28,770 nt of DNA, taken from assembly GCA_038065435.1 (NCBI GenBank), contig JBBTQZ010000029.1:1-28770 (forward strand), read 5' to 3'. Both the position numbers and the translations under genes were made by a program. The notes under the pieces are model-generated. The model saw nothing but the letters and a program-made list of their open reading frames with translations, had not been told where the DNA came from and made no database searches. The stretch is from Patescibacteria group bacterium. Lineage in GTDB: Bacteria; Patescibacteriota; Minisyncoccia; Phycocordibacterales; WO2-35-19. The first letter of the stretch is position 1. Every line of letters starts with the position of its first letter. Positions 1 to 8,592 of the stretch are shown here, piece after piece.

Positions 1-1
1 A

Positions 2-286
2 GCCATACTCAAAAACGCATCCATACTTGTGTTAGACGAAGCCACTTCAAGCCTAGACTCGCATTCAGAAAGTTTGATCCAAGACGCGCTTGATAAACTT
101 ATGCAAGGCAAGACAGTGATCGTCATCGCTCATCGCCTTTCCACCATCCGCAAAATGAACAGAGTAGTCGTCATAGATAATGGTAAGATAACAGAAGAAG
201 GAAGCCATGAAGAGCTTCTAAACCAAGAAAATAGTCTGTATAAAAAGCTCTGGGACTTGCAGGCCGGTGGCTTCTTGTCGGAATAA
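2..286 (+). CDS. ABC exporter ATP-binding/permease protein, C-terminal end (5' truncated by the window edge)
   Basis: Walker B/D-loop [13 protein letters not shown]-loop IAHRLSTI, C-terminal LWDLQAGGF; frame open to the window start. Confidence 0.93.
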   Translation, partial: AILKNASILVLDEATSSLDSHSESLIQDALDKLMQGKTVIVIAHRLSTIRKMNRVVVIDNGKITEEGSHEELLNQENSLYKKLWDLQAGGFLSE

Positions 287-318
287 TCACGGATGGAATC
301 CTGTCACAATTAGACCAC
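242..318 (+). repeat. 77-bp direct repeat R, copy 1 (3' end of the ABC gene plus downstream sequence)
   Basis: Aligns without gaps to 2451-2527; the last 28 bp GGATGGAATCCTGTCACAATTAGACCAC are identical. Confidence 0.95.
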
Positions 319-354
319 ACCCCTAAAATACAATGGCCGTCATTGTATTTGCAC

Positions 355-382
355 TTGACAGTCTGGGGACTTTGTGTACAAT
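355..382 (+). promoter_or_regulatory. sigma70-type promoter for the leader peptide/ABC exporter
   Basis: TTGACA (355-360), 16-nt spacer, TACAAT (377-382). Confidence 0.7.
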
Positions 383-392
383 AGACAATACT

Positions 393-473
393 ATGAAAAA
401 CATAGGCGTACAAATGAATACCCCATTCACCTCTCTTGCTGAGAGGCATTCGCGCTGTGTTTTAAGTATTTAA
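393..473 (+). CDS. Putative 26-aa leader (attenuator) peptide MKNIGVQMNTPFTSLAERHSRCVLSI
   Basis: Starts about 4 nt after the predicted transcription start; its last codons overlap the 5' arm of the antiterminator. Confidence 0.65.
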   Translation: MKNIGVQMNTPFTSLAERHSRCVLSI

Positions 474-523
474 ATCTAAACAAAATTTGAAAACTTAGAA
501 CGCCGCGCAACCCGCGGCGTTTT
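452..523 (+). promoter_or_regulatory. Transcription attenuator with mutually exclusive antiterminator and terminator
   Basis: 452-467 pairs with 493-508 at 15 of 16 positions (2 G-U pairs). Terminator stem AACGCCGCG (499-507), loop CAACC, CGCGGCGTT (513-521), then T-tract. The two structures share 499-507. Confidence 0.75.
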
Positions 524-599
524 AAGTAAACCGTGTACCAAACTTTGTTCTGGTACTACGGAGTTCTTTGAAATTCACACAACAGAAAGGAGAAAACGA

Positions 600-2387
600 G
601 TGAGAAACAACCCACTGTGGTACTTGTTTAGCAAGACTTGGGAGTATAGTGCTGGTAATCGAAAGAATGTCGTATGGTATTGGATCATGTTTATCCTGGC
701 CGAATCGGTGGACACAATTTTCAGTCCGCTGATTTGGGCAAAGATGATCGAGGTTTTGACAATGCAAGGAATCAATTCCGCAAGCATTGGTACTTTGTAT
801 CTTTGCTTAGGAGGAGTCCTCTTACGCTTAGTCGTCTCATGGGGTTTCCATGGGCCAGCACGTTGTATTGAACGCAACAATGCGTTCAAAGTACGTGCCA
901 ACTATTGGAGAGGCTTGCTTAAAGGTGTCGTCACGTTGCCACTCGAATGGCATGTGGAGCATCATACTGGAGACACTATAGACAAAGTTAACAAGGGAAC
1001 TGGCGCATTGTTCGAATTCTCGGAAGTATCGTTCATTCCCATTCGTTGCTTTATTCAGCTGCTGGGTAGTTATGCTGTATTGGTCTACTTCAGTCATTCA
1101 GCTGCCTACATGGTTTTAGGAATGCTTTTGGTGAGCGCTTGGATTACCATGCGTTTCGACAGAGTTCTCCTAAAGCAATACAAGGAGCTGAACGCTAACG
1201 AAAACCAAGTCTCTGAATCTGTGATCGATGCGATTAGTAATATCTCAACAATCATTGTTCTCCGAGTAGAAAAGCTGGTTTTCGACGCTATCATGCACAA
1301 GGTTGAGAAACCATACGAGCTTTTCAGGCACAACCAACGCCTAAACGAGCTCAAGTGGTTTTTGACCAGTACCTGCTGCAATGTGATGACTGTCTTGGTA
1401 GTGATCATGTACTTCTTCCAAAACTGGGGAGCCGCACCCGGCACTCTAGTAGCTAGTTTCTACATATTGACCAGCTATCTCGATCGCATCAGCGAACTAT
1501 TTTTCCGATTTACAGAAATGTACGGAACTGTCGTTCGTCGCAAGTCTCGAATCATGAATTCCGAGGAATTATCTAAAGATTTCAGGAGTGAGAACTTCAC
1601 TAATCATGTCTTGCCAAAAAAGTGGCAAAGATTGAATGTGAACAATTTATCGTTTTCGTACTACGGAGATGGTGAAGCGTTACATCTGAACAATGTTTCT
1701 TTTTCGGTAAATCATGGAGAACGAGTGGCTTTTGTGGGCGAGACCGGAAGTGGTAAAACCACATTCCTGAAAATCATGAGGGATCTATACCATCCGAGAG
1801 AGCTGAACCTTTCTGTAGATGGACGACCGATCGCAAATGGTTTTGAAGGAATCAATCAAGCTATTACACTTGTGCAACAAGATCCAGAAATCTTTGCAAA
1901 GAGTATCTGGGAAAACATTACCATGGGAGCAGATCATGAGTTGGAGTTGGTCTTGCAGTTTACAGACATGGCTTGCTTCACTCACGTTGTCGAAAGTCTA
2001 CCGAAAAAGTTCGACTCCTCGATTCAAGAAAAAGGAGTCAATCTTTCAGGTGGGCAACAACAAAGATTGGCTTTGTCCCGCGGGCTTCTTGCTTGCCACG
2101 ACAAAGATATAATCTTGCTTGATGAGCCAACAAGTAGCTTGGACACGATTACTGAAATAAAAGTCTACCAGAATATCTTCAAAGGTTTTTCTGGGAAAAC
2201 GATTATTTCTACCGTTCACCAGCTTCATCTCCTACCTCTCTTCGATCGAATCTGTGTTTTCGACAATGGTCGGATTAATGCATCTGGTACGCTACAAGAG
2301 CTTCTGTCTTCTTGCCCCAAGTTCGTTTCCCTCTGGGAAGCGATGCAAAAGGCAGCGACAGGAAACTCAGTGGCAATCGCAGAGTAA
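600..2387 (+). CDS. ABC exporter, fused TMD-NBD (MsbA/multidrug/peptide exporter type), no peptidase domain
   Basis: N-terminal transmembrane helices; Walker A GETGSGKT, Q-loop, signature LSGGQ, Walker B ILLDEPT, HQL; GTG start with GAAAGGAG SD. Confidence 0.93.
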   Translation: MRNNPLWYLFSKTWEYSAGNRKNVVWYWIMFILAESVDTIFSPLIWAKMIEVLTMQGINSASIGTLYLCLGGVLLRLVVSWGFHGPARCIERNNAFKVRANYWRGLLKGVVTLPLEWHVEHHTGDTIDKVNKGTGALFEFSEVSFIPIRCFIQLLGSYAVLVYFSHSAAYMVLGMLLVSAWITMRFDRVLLKQYKELNANENQVSESVIDAISNISTIIVLRVEKLVFDAIMHKVEKPYELFRHNQRLNELKWFLTSTCCNVMTVLVVIMYFFQNWGAAPGTLVASFYILTSYLDRISELFFRFTEMYGTVVRRKSRIMNSEELSKDFRSENFTNHVLPKKWQRLNVNNLSFSYYGDGEALHLNNVSFSVNHGERVAFVGETGSGKTTFLKIMRDLYHPRELNLSVDGRPIANGFEGINQAITLVQQDPEIFAKSIWENITMGADHELELVLQFTDMACFTHVVESLPKKFDSSIQEKGVNLSGGQQQRLALSRGLLACHDKDIILLDEPTSSLDTITEIKVYQNIFKGFSGKTIISTVHQLHLLPLFDRICVFDNGRINASGTLQELLSSCPKFVSLWEAMQKAATGNSVAIAE

Positions 2388-2411
2388 AAGATGTGTGCGA
2401 AATACTTTTAG

Positions 2412-2446
2412 ATCCCGCCCTCCAGCAAATGGACGGCGGGATTTTT
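2412..2446 (+). terminator. Intrinsic terminator T, copy 1
   Basis: ATCCCGCC...GGCGGGAT hairpin plus T-tract; 35 bp identical to 3033-3067. Confidence 0.88.
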
Positions 2447-2450
2447 TTAC

Positions 2451-2527
2451 AAAAAACTCTAGAACTTGCAAGCCGGTGGCCTTTTGCTAGGATAATCATG
2501 GATGGAATCCTGTCACAATTAGACCAC
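2451..2527 (+). repeat. 77-bp direct repeat R, copy 2 (orphan 3' tip of the first ABC gene family)
   Basis: Ungapped match to 242-318; mismatches mainly in the formerly coding part. Confidence 0.93.
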
Positions 2528-2584
2528 TCCATGTAACAAAATACACTGTCTTGGAGTCTTATTTATAGAAAGAGAGGTTTTTAA

Positions 2585-2974
2585 GTGCCTATACCATATC
2601 CAACCTCAATGGATGTCATGTATGTAGCATTTGACTTTAACAAGTCATTCCCAGCAGACTTCGTGAAGGAACTCAAAGAAAAGTTTCCGGAGTGGACTGA
2701 TCTTCATTTTTCTTTAGACAACAATAATCAAAACGTCTGGGAATTTCTAAGAATGTACCGAGACCGATTGTCAAAATTCAAAGCAAAACAAATTCTTAGT
2801 GCCACAAAGAATGGTAGCTTTGAAGAACTTGTTGACCGGGCCAGGCAAGCAGTAGAGATGCAAAAATATTTCGCCGATCTTAGACCCCGATTTTTTCCAG
2901 AAGAAGTTGAGGCGGAGAAGAAGAGACACAAGCAGGCGGATGAGGATGCAAAGGCTTACTATGGCTTCGAGTAG
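2585..2974 (+). CDS. Hypothetical protein, 129 aa
   Basis: Open frame lying between repeat R and terminator T; GTG start preceded by GAGAGG; no motif recognised. Confidence 0.7.
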   Translation: MPIPYPTSMDVMYVAFDFNKSFPADFVKELKEKFPEWTDLHFSLDNNNQNVWEFLRMYRDRLSKFKAKQILSATKNGSFEELVDRARQAVEMQKYFADLRPRFFPEEVEAEKKRHKQADEDAKAYYGFE

Positions 2975-3032
2975 TATCAATCCCTAACAATAATACCAGG
3001 GATCCGAACCAAATCTCTGTGAAGTACCTCTA

Positions 3033-3067
3033 ATCCCGCCCTCCAGCAAATGGACGGCGGGATTTTT
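3033..3067 (+). terminator. Intrinsic terminator T, copy 2
   Basis: Identical to 2412-2446. Confidence 0.88.
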
Positions 3068-3110
3068 GTTTGTTGTAAAAAAGAGATTTTTGGGTTAAAT
3101 TATATGTATT

Positions 3111-4502
3111 ATGCAAAGAATCTTTATAAAAGACCTGAAAGATCATGTGGGGCAAGAGGTGTCCGTATCGGGCTGGGTTAGCATTGTAAGAGATCAGGGC
3201 AAGATGGTTTTTTTTGATTTTCGCGACATGAGCGGTACCGTGCAGGGGGTAGTGCTTTCTGATAAAAAAGATTTGGTGGAAAGAGCAAAACCAATTCGAT
3301 CAGATTGGGTGGTAAGAGTAGAGGGTAAGGTCAATAAAAGACCCGATAAAATGGTGAACGAAAAAGTGCAAAATGGTGATATTGAACTAGAGATAACAAA
3401 CATTCAAGTTTTAAACGAATCTAAAACATCACCTTTTGACGTCCTTACGGACACATCGAACATAGATGAAGAGACACGTCTAAAATATAGATATATCGAT
3501 CTCAGAAGCGAGCGTATGCAGAAAAATATGCGGCTTAGAAGCGAGTGGGTAAACAAATGTAGAGGTTATTTACTTAGAAATAGCTTCACAGAAATAGAAA
3601 CGCCGATCCTGACCGAATCAACCCCCGAAGGAAGCAGAGACTTCGTGGTACCAAGTCGCCTAAATCCTGGTAAATTTTATGCCCTTCCCCAATCACCCCA
3701 ACAATACAAACAACTCCTCATGGTCGCCGGTTTTGAAAGATATTTCCAAATAGCTCGGGCAGTACGCGATGAGGATCTCCGAGCGGATAGAGGATTCGAA
3801 CATACTCAGATAGATATAGAAACTAGTTTTTTGAAACAAGACGAACTTTTAGATCTTCTTGAAGCAATGTTCATAGAAGTAGCAGAATCACTTGGACACA
3901 AGATCAAGCAAAAACCTTTTCCACGTATTACATACAAAGAAGCAATGCAAAAATACGGCGCAGACAAATTTGATATGCGCACCGAAGAAGAGAAGGGGGA
4001 TGGCAAAACTCTGGCATATGCATGGGTGGTAGATTTTCCATTTTTTGAAAAAACCGATCAAGGAGATTGGACCTTTACCCACAACCCATTTTCTATGCCA
4101 AAAGAAGAATGTTTAGAAGACCATTTGACAGGCAAGAACATAGAGAACATTATCACTCAGCAATACGACCTTGTATGCAATGGTTACGAATCAGCTGGAG
4201 GTAGTATAAGAGCTCATGATCCTAAAATCTTGGAAGCTACATATAAAATCATGGGCTACTCAGATGAAAAGATTCAGAAAAGTGTTGGGCACATGCTAGA
4301 AGCCTTAAAATATGGAGCGCCACCCCATGGGGGTATTGCCATAGGGGTGGAGAGAAATATAATGAACTTAGCAAATGAAGCTTATTTGCGCGAAGTACAA
4401 GCTTTTCCGATGACCCGCGGCGGTAAAACATCAGTGATGAACGCTCCCAGCGAACTTTCTCTAAAACAATTAAAAGAGCTGGGGATCAGTATTAAGAAAT
4501 GA
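3111..4502 (+). CDS. aspS: Aspartate--tRNA ligase, bacterial type, short (GAD insertion absent)
   Basis: OB-fold N-terminus (RDQG..FFDFRD), motif 1 EIETPIL, ALPQSPQQYKQLLM, motif 2 RDEDLRADR, motif 3 PPHGGIAIGVER. Confidence 0.95.
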   Translation: MQRIFIKDLKDHVGQEVSVSGWVSIVRDQGKMVFFDFRDMSGTVQGVVLSDKKDLVERAKPIRSDWVVRVEGKVNKRPDKMVNEKVQNGDIELEITNIQVLNESKTSPFDVLTDTSNIDEETRLKYRYIDLRSERMQKNMRLRSEWVNKCRGYLLRNSFTEIETPILTESTPEGSRDFVVPSRLNPGKFYALPQSPQQYKQLLMVAGFERYFQIARAVRDEDLRADRGFEHTQIDIETSFLKQDELLDLLEAMFIEVAESLGHKIKQKPFPRITYKEAMQKYGADKFDMRTEEEKGDGKTLAYAWVVDFPFFEKTDQGDWTFTHNPFSMPKEECLEDHLTGKNIENIITQQYDLVCNGYESAGGSIRAHDPKILEATYKIMGYSDEKIQKSVGHMLEALKYGAPPHGGIAIGVERNIMNLANEAYLREVQAFPMTRGGKTSVMNAPSELSLKQLKELGISIKK

Positions 4503-5140
4503 TAAGTGTCCAAAAAATAACTGAGGAATTAATACGGAAATATGACCCCATAGCAGTTTATCTTTCAGGATCGAGAGCAAGGGGCAGAGAACGACCAGAT
4601 AGTGATTATGATTTTCATTTGGTTGTACCGAATTTCACACACCCTATTTCAGAAAAAATCTTGGGCCAATCAGTTGATATAAAATCCATATTCTTTTCTG
4701 ATTTACCAAATTCTATAATTGATACCGTATACTCTCCAGCAATACCGTATCAACCCATCTATAAAGACGTAAAATTTTTGAAAGATTTAAATAATCTTGA
4801 AGAAAGAACTAAAAACGCCTACGAGGTTGGTCCCGCAGAGTGGAGCAAACAAGAATATACAGAGAATAAAAATCGTACTTTGCGTTTCTTAGAGGCAATT
4901 GAGGGGACTACCCATGTTCCCATTATTTCTTTTCGGCACTTCTGTAAGTTTTTTGATCTTAGTCTTTTATGCTGGTTTGGCATACGAAAAAGATGGTCAG
5001 TTCCTATTTATGAAGCCTTGGATATTTTTTCCAAAGAGGATCCAGAATTTTACGAAATAATATGTTCAATGGAATCTTCGTCTTCAGCCAAAGAAAGATC
5101 TGCACTAGCACGAAAGTTATACACAACCCTATTCAGATGA
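4499..5140 (+). CDS. Pol-beta superfamily nucleotidyltransferase domain protein with helical C-terminal domain
   Basis: YLSGSRARG...DSDYDFHLV motif; ATGA overlap with the aspS stop codon. Confidence 0.82.
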   Translation: MISVQKITEELIRKYDPIAVYLSGSRARGRERPDSDYDFHLVVPNFTHPISEKILGQSVDIKSIFFSDLPNSIIDTVYSPAIPYQPIYKDVKFLKDLNNLEERTKNAYEVGPAEWSKQEYTENKNRTLRFLEAIEGTTHVPIISFRHFCKFFDLSLLCWFGIRKRWSVPIYEALDIFSKEDPEFYEIICSMESSSSAKERSALARKLYTTLFR

Positions 5141-5165
5141 TTATCTATTTATGTAAATCTTTTTT

Positions 5166-5240
5166 ATGAAAATACTTAATCTATCTAACATCCGCGAGAC
5201 CACTTTCTTACCCAGAGATGTAAAGAGGTTAAATCCATAA
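5166..5240 (+). pseudogene. Orphan 3' remnant of an archaeal/eukaryote-type AspRS
   Basis: Translates MKILNLSNIRETTFLPRDVKRLNP*, matching the family C-terminus (M)KLLGLxNIRExxLFPRDxxRLxP*. Confidence 0.8.
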
Positions 5241-5243
5241 ATC

Positions 5244-5252
5244 TGCTAAAAT
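5244..5252 (+). promoter_or_regulatory. Extended -10 promoter, probably leaderless scpA transcript
   Basis: TGcTAAAAT followed 6 nt later by the ATG at 5259. Confidence 0.5.
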
Positions 5253-5258
5253 AAGAGG

Positions 5259-6011
5259 ATGGAAACTGATTTTAAAGTACAGGTGGGGGAGTTTGAAGGA
5301 CCGTTAGAGCTTCTACTTGAGCTTATAGAAAAAAGGAAGCTCCACATAAACAGCGTCTCCTTATCCAAAGTGGCGGAGGACTTTTTGGAGCATATAGAAA
5401 AACAAGAAGAATTTCCGATAGCAGATAGCGCCGACTTTATATTGATCGCCTCTACTCTACTTCTCATAAAATCAAAATCCCTCCTACCCAATTTGGAACT
5501 AACAGAAGAGGAGGAAGAGAGTATCGAGAATTTGGAGGAAAGACTTAGAGAATACCAAAAATACAAAATTCTAGCTTTAAATATCCAAAAAATGTTCGGC
5601 GATTTTCTTTTTTTCGCCGAAGAATCAAAATCGCGACAAGTTGTATTTGCTCCCACAGCCGAAATAAGCACAGCAAACCTCCATAAAACAATACTAGAAA
5701 CACTTTCCAACATACCCAAACAAGATTTTTTGCCAAAAGTAAAAGTAGAAAAGACAATAAACTTGGAGGAAATAATAGAAAATCTCTCTAAAAGAGTGCA
5801 GAAAAGTATAAAAATGAGCTTTTCTTCCTTCGTCAATAATTCGGCGGACAAAGCGGGTTTTTCAAACAAAGAGAATCGCGTAGAAGTCATCGTAAGTTTT
5901 CTGGCCATGCTGGAGCTAGTAAAGCGTGGGGCGATGAGAGTGAGCCAGACTACACACTTTGGTGATATTGAGATGGAAAATGAAAATTTATCTGTCCCAG
6001 TTTATAATTAA
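5259..6011 (+). CDS. scpA: Segregation and condensation protein A
   Basis: FEGPLELLLELI, FILIASTLLLIKSKSLLP, VIVSFLAMLELVK. Confidence 0.96.
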   Translation: METDFKVQVGEFEGPLELLLELIEKRKLHINSVSLSKVAEDFLEHIEKQEEFPIADSADFILIASTLLLIKSKSLLPNLELTEEEEESIENLEERLREYQKYKILALNIQKMFGDFLFFAEESKSRQVVFAPTAEISTANLHKTILETLSNIPKQDFLPKVKVEKTINLEEIIENLSKRVQKSIKMSFSSFVNNSADKAGFSNKENRVEVIVSFLAMLELVKRGAMRVSQTTHFGDIEMENENLSVPVYN

Positions 6012-6040
6012 AGACCTAAAATAATATAGAACGAAAAAAT

Positions 6041-6586
6041 ATGGACCAAATAGAGCAAAAACTGGAAGCAATACTTTTCTATAAGAACGAACCGACTAGT
6101 GTGAAGGTATTGTCCAAAATTTTAAACATCACAGAAAAAGAAGCTTTGGATAGGCTAAAAAATCTCCAGACCTCGCTCCAAAATCGTGGTCTGTCTCTTG
6201 TTCTGACAGAAAAAGAGGCTTGCCTTGCAACATCCAAAGAGATGGCAAATCTCATTGAGCAAGTAGCCCGTGACGAAATGAGCAGGGAAATAGGCAAGGC
6301 AGGACTAGAGACTCTCTCTATAATCGTCTATAATAGCGAAGGTGTAAGTAGAAGAAAAATAGATTACATCAGAGGGGTAAATTCCACTTTCATATTGCGC
6401 AATTTACTCGCACGTGGTCTCATAGAAAAAGAAGTCTCTAAAGAAGACCAGCGAACATTTGTCTACAGACCGACAGTTTTACTCTTGGCTCATATGGGCA
6501 TCACAAGCCTCTTAGAGCTCCCAGATTATAAAAATATAAGAGCACAAATATTAACACAAGAAACCAGTAATGATGGAGAAAATTAA
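6041..6586 (+). CDS. scpB: Segregation and condensation protein B
   Basis: LEAILF, AGLETLSII, IDYIRGVNS motifs; adjacent to scpA. Confidence 0.96.
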   Translation: MDQIEQKLEAILFYKNEPTSVKVLSKILNITEKEALDRLKNLQTSLQNRGLSLVLTEKEACLATSKEMANLIEQVARDEMSREIGKAGLETLSIIVYNSEGVSRRKIDYIRGVNSTFILRNLLARGLIEKEVSKEDQRTFVYRPTVLLLAHMGITSLLELPDYKNIRAQILTQETSNDGEN

Positions 6587-7499
6587 ACAAAATATGAACC
6601 CAGAGCAAAGAGCTAAATATTTTTTTAGAGCTCTGTTGGTATTTTCTGTACTCTCGGTATTTATTTTTATTGTTCTGATAAATTCTATAGAAAAAGAGGC
6701 AGAACCGATTGCTAGTACAACCAATAGGGGAGAGAACGAAAGAATCTCAATCGAAGCAAAAAGTGCTTTTGTTTGGGATATTTTGAACCAACAAGAATTG
6801 TTTTCCAAAAATGCCGATCTCGCTCTACCTCTCGCTTCACTCACCAAAGTAATGACCGCTCTCACCGCCAAGCAAATCTTAGATGATAATGACACCATCA
6901 TAATAGAGGAGGGTGATCTCTCACCTGAAGGAGACTCTGATTTCAAAATAGGAGAGACGTGGAGAGCTCAAGATTTGATCGATTTTGTACTGATCACCTC
7001 TTCCAACGATGGAGCTCATGCGCTAGCCAAAACAGCGATGAGAAAGGAGGGGGGCGAAGAAGATTTTATAAAAAAGATGAACAAAACGGCTCTAGATATA
7101 GGTTTGGAGAACAGTCGTTTCTGGAATGAGCATGGGTTGGATAGACGGATAGATAGAGGCGGAGCATACGGATCAGCGAGAGATATGGCTAGACTTTTTG
7201 AATATAGTTTGAAAAATTCACCAAATATTTTAGAGGCTACCAGACACGATAATCTGGCTATTTATAGCTCGGCTACTGTATATAATGCTATAAATACCAA
7301 TGTATCGGTGAGTGCAATATCGGGGCTTCTGGCCTCAAAAACAGGCTTCACCGACCTTGCTGGCGGCAATCTGACTATAATCTTTGATGCTGGCCTGCAA
7401 AGACCCGTTGTTGTGGCGGTACTTGGTTCTAGCGAGGAAGGTAGATTTTCTGATACTCTGAAGCTTGTAGAGATGGCGATGAAAAAAATAAAAAACTAA
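6570..7499 (+). CDS. D-alanyl-D-alanine carboxypeptidase (peptidase S11)
   Basis: N-terminal TM anchor; SxxK (ASLTK), SxN (SSN), KTG motifs. Confidence 0.93.
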   Translation: MMEKIKQNMNPEQRAKYFFRALLVFSVLSVFIFIVLINSIEKEAEPIASTTNRGENERISIEAKSAFVWDILNQQELFSKNADLALPLASLTKVMTALTAKQILDDNDTIIIEEGDLSPEGDSDFKIGETWRAQDLIDFVLITSSNDGAHALAKTAMRKEGGEEDFIKKMNKTALDIGLENSRFWNEHGLDRRIDRGGAYGSARDMARLFEYSLKNSPNILEATRHDNLAIYSSATVYNAINTNVSVSAISGLLASKTGFTDLAGGNLTIIFDAGLQRPVVVAVLGSSEEGRFSDTLKLVEMAMKKIKN

Positions 7500-7503
7500 A
7501 TTT

Positions 7504-8574
7504 ATGATAATAGATATTGTAAAAGTATTTTTACCAGCAGTCGGCTCGTTCATATTGGGCGTTCTACTTACGCCCATCCTTACTCATTATCTATACAAAT
7601 ATAAATGTTGGAAAAAAAGATCGGGCAAAACAGCTTTGGATGGTACCGACGCTACAGTCTTCAACTCTCTTCATAAAGAACGCGAGGTAAACACCCCAAG
7701 AATGGGCGGTATCGTTATATGGCTTAGTACTAGCCTTGTCATTGTAGGCATATGGGTTTTATCTGTTATGTGGCCGACAGAGACGACAGTGAAGCTAGAC
7801 TTTCTCTCCAGAAATCAAACATGGGTACCGCTTGGTACTTTGCTTCTCGGAGCTTTTGTAGGTCTTATAGATGATATTCTAGAAATAGTAGGGTCAGTAA
7901 ATGGTAAAAAAGGTGGACTTTCGCTTGCTATAAGACTTTGCGCTGTCGGCGTCATATCGATCCTCTCGGCTTCTTGGTTTTTCATCAAATTGGATGTCAA
8001 TTCTATCGGTCTGCCGGGTGGTCTCGAGCTTTATTTGGGGCCATTATTTATAATTTTATTTTTACTTATTGCTTTCTTCATTTATGCTGGAGGAGTAATA
8101 GACGGCATAGACGGCTTAGCCGGAGGTGTATTCACCACTATGTTTGCCGCCTATGGAGGTATAGCATTCTACCAACAGCAGATAGACATAGCGGCTTTTT
8201 GCGCCGCTGTAGCCGGAGCTCTGTTAGCTTTTCTTTGGTTCAACATACCACCAGCACGATATTATATGTCAGAGACCGGTACCATGGGTCTTACCATCAC
8301 CTTAGTAGTAGTAGCTTTTATGACGGACAGGCTTGGCGGAGGCTACGGCGTACTTGTACTACCAGTTATTGCTCTACCCCTAGTCTTAACCGTCGCCTCT
8401 GATATACTACAGATCTTTTCAAAAAAACTGCGTGGTAAGAAAATATTTTTAGTTGCTCCACTTCATCATCACTTCGAAGCTCTCGGTTGGCCTTCTTATA
8501 AAGTGACGATGCGCTATTGGGTATTCAGCCTCATCGTTGCCATACTAGGAATCACTCTGGCTCTAATAGGTTGA
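7504..8574 (+). CDS. mraY: Phospho-N-acetylmuramoyl-pentapeptide transferase
   Basis: TPRMGG, GLIDD, IDGIDGLAGG, APLHHHFE motifs; multi-pass membrane protein. Confidence 0.95.
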   Translation: MIIDIVKVFLPAVGSFILGVLLTPILTHYLYKYKCWKKRSGKTALDGTDATVFNSLHKEREVNTPRMGGIVIWLSTSLVIVGIWVLSVMWPTETTVKLDFLSRNQTWVPLGTLLLGAFVGLIDDILEIVGSVNGKKGGLSLAIRLCAVGVISILSASWFFIKLDVNSIGLPGGLELYLGPLFIILFLLIAFFIYAGGVIDGIDGLAGGVFTTMFAAYGGIAFYQQQIDIAAFCAAVAGALLAFLWFNIPPARYYMSETGTMGLTITLVVVAFMTDRLGGGYGVLVLPVIALPLVLTVASDILQIFSKKLRGKKIFLVAPLHHHFEALGWPSYKVTMRYWVFSLIVAILGITLALIG

Positions 8575-8592
8575 AAAAGTTAGAATTAGTCC

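Noticed and set aside
242-3067. Repeats as a CRISPR array or integron attC array
   Set aside because: Only two copies of each, spacing is gene-sized and unequal, there are no cas or intI genes, and no attC-type GTTRRRY/RYYYAAC arrangement was recognised.
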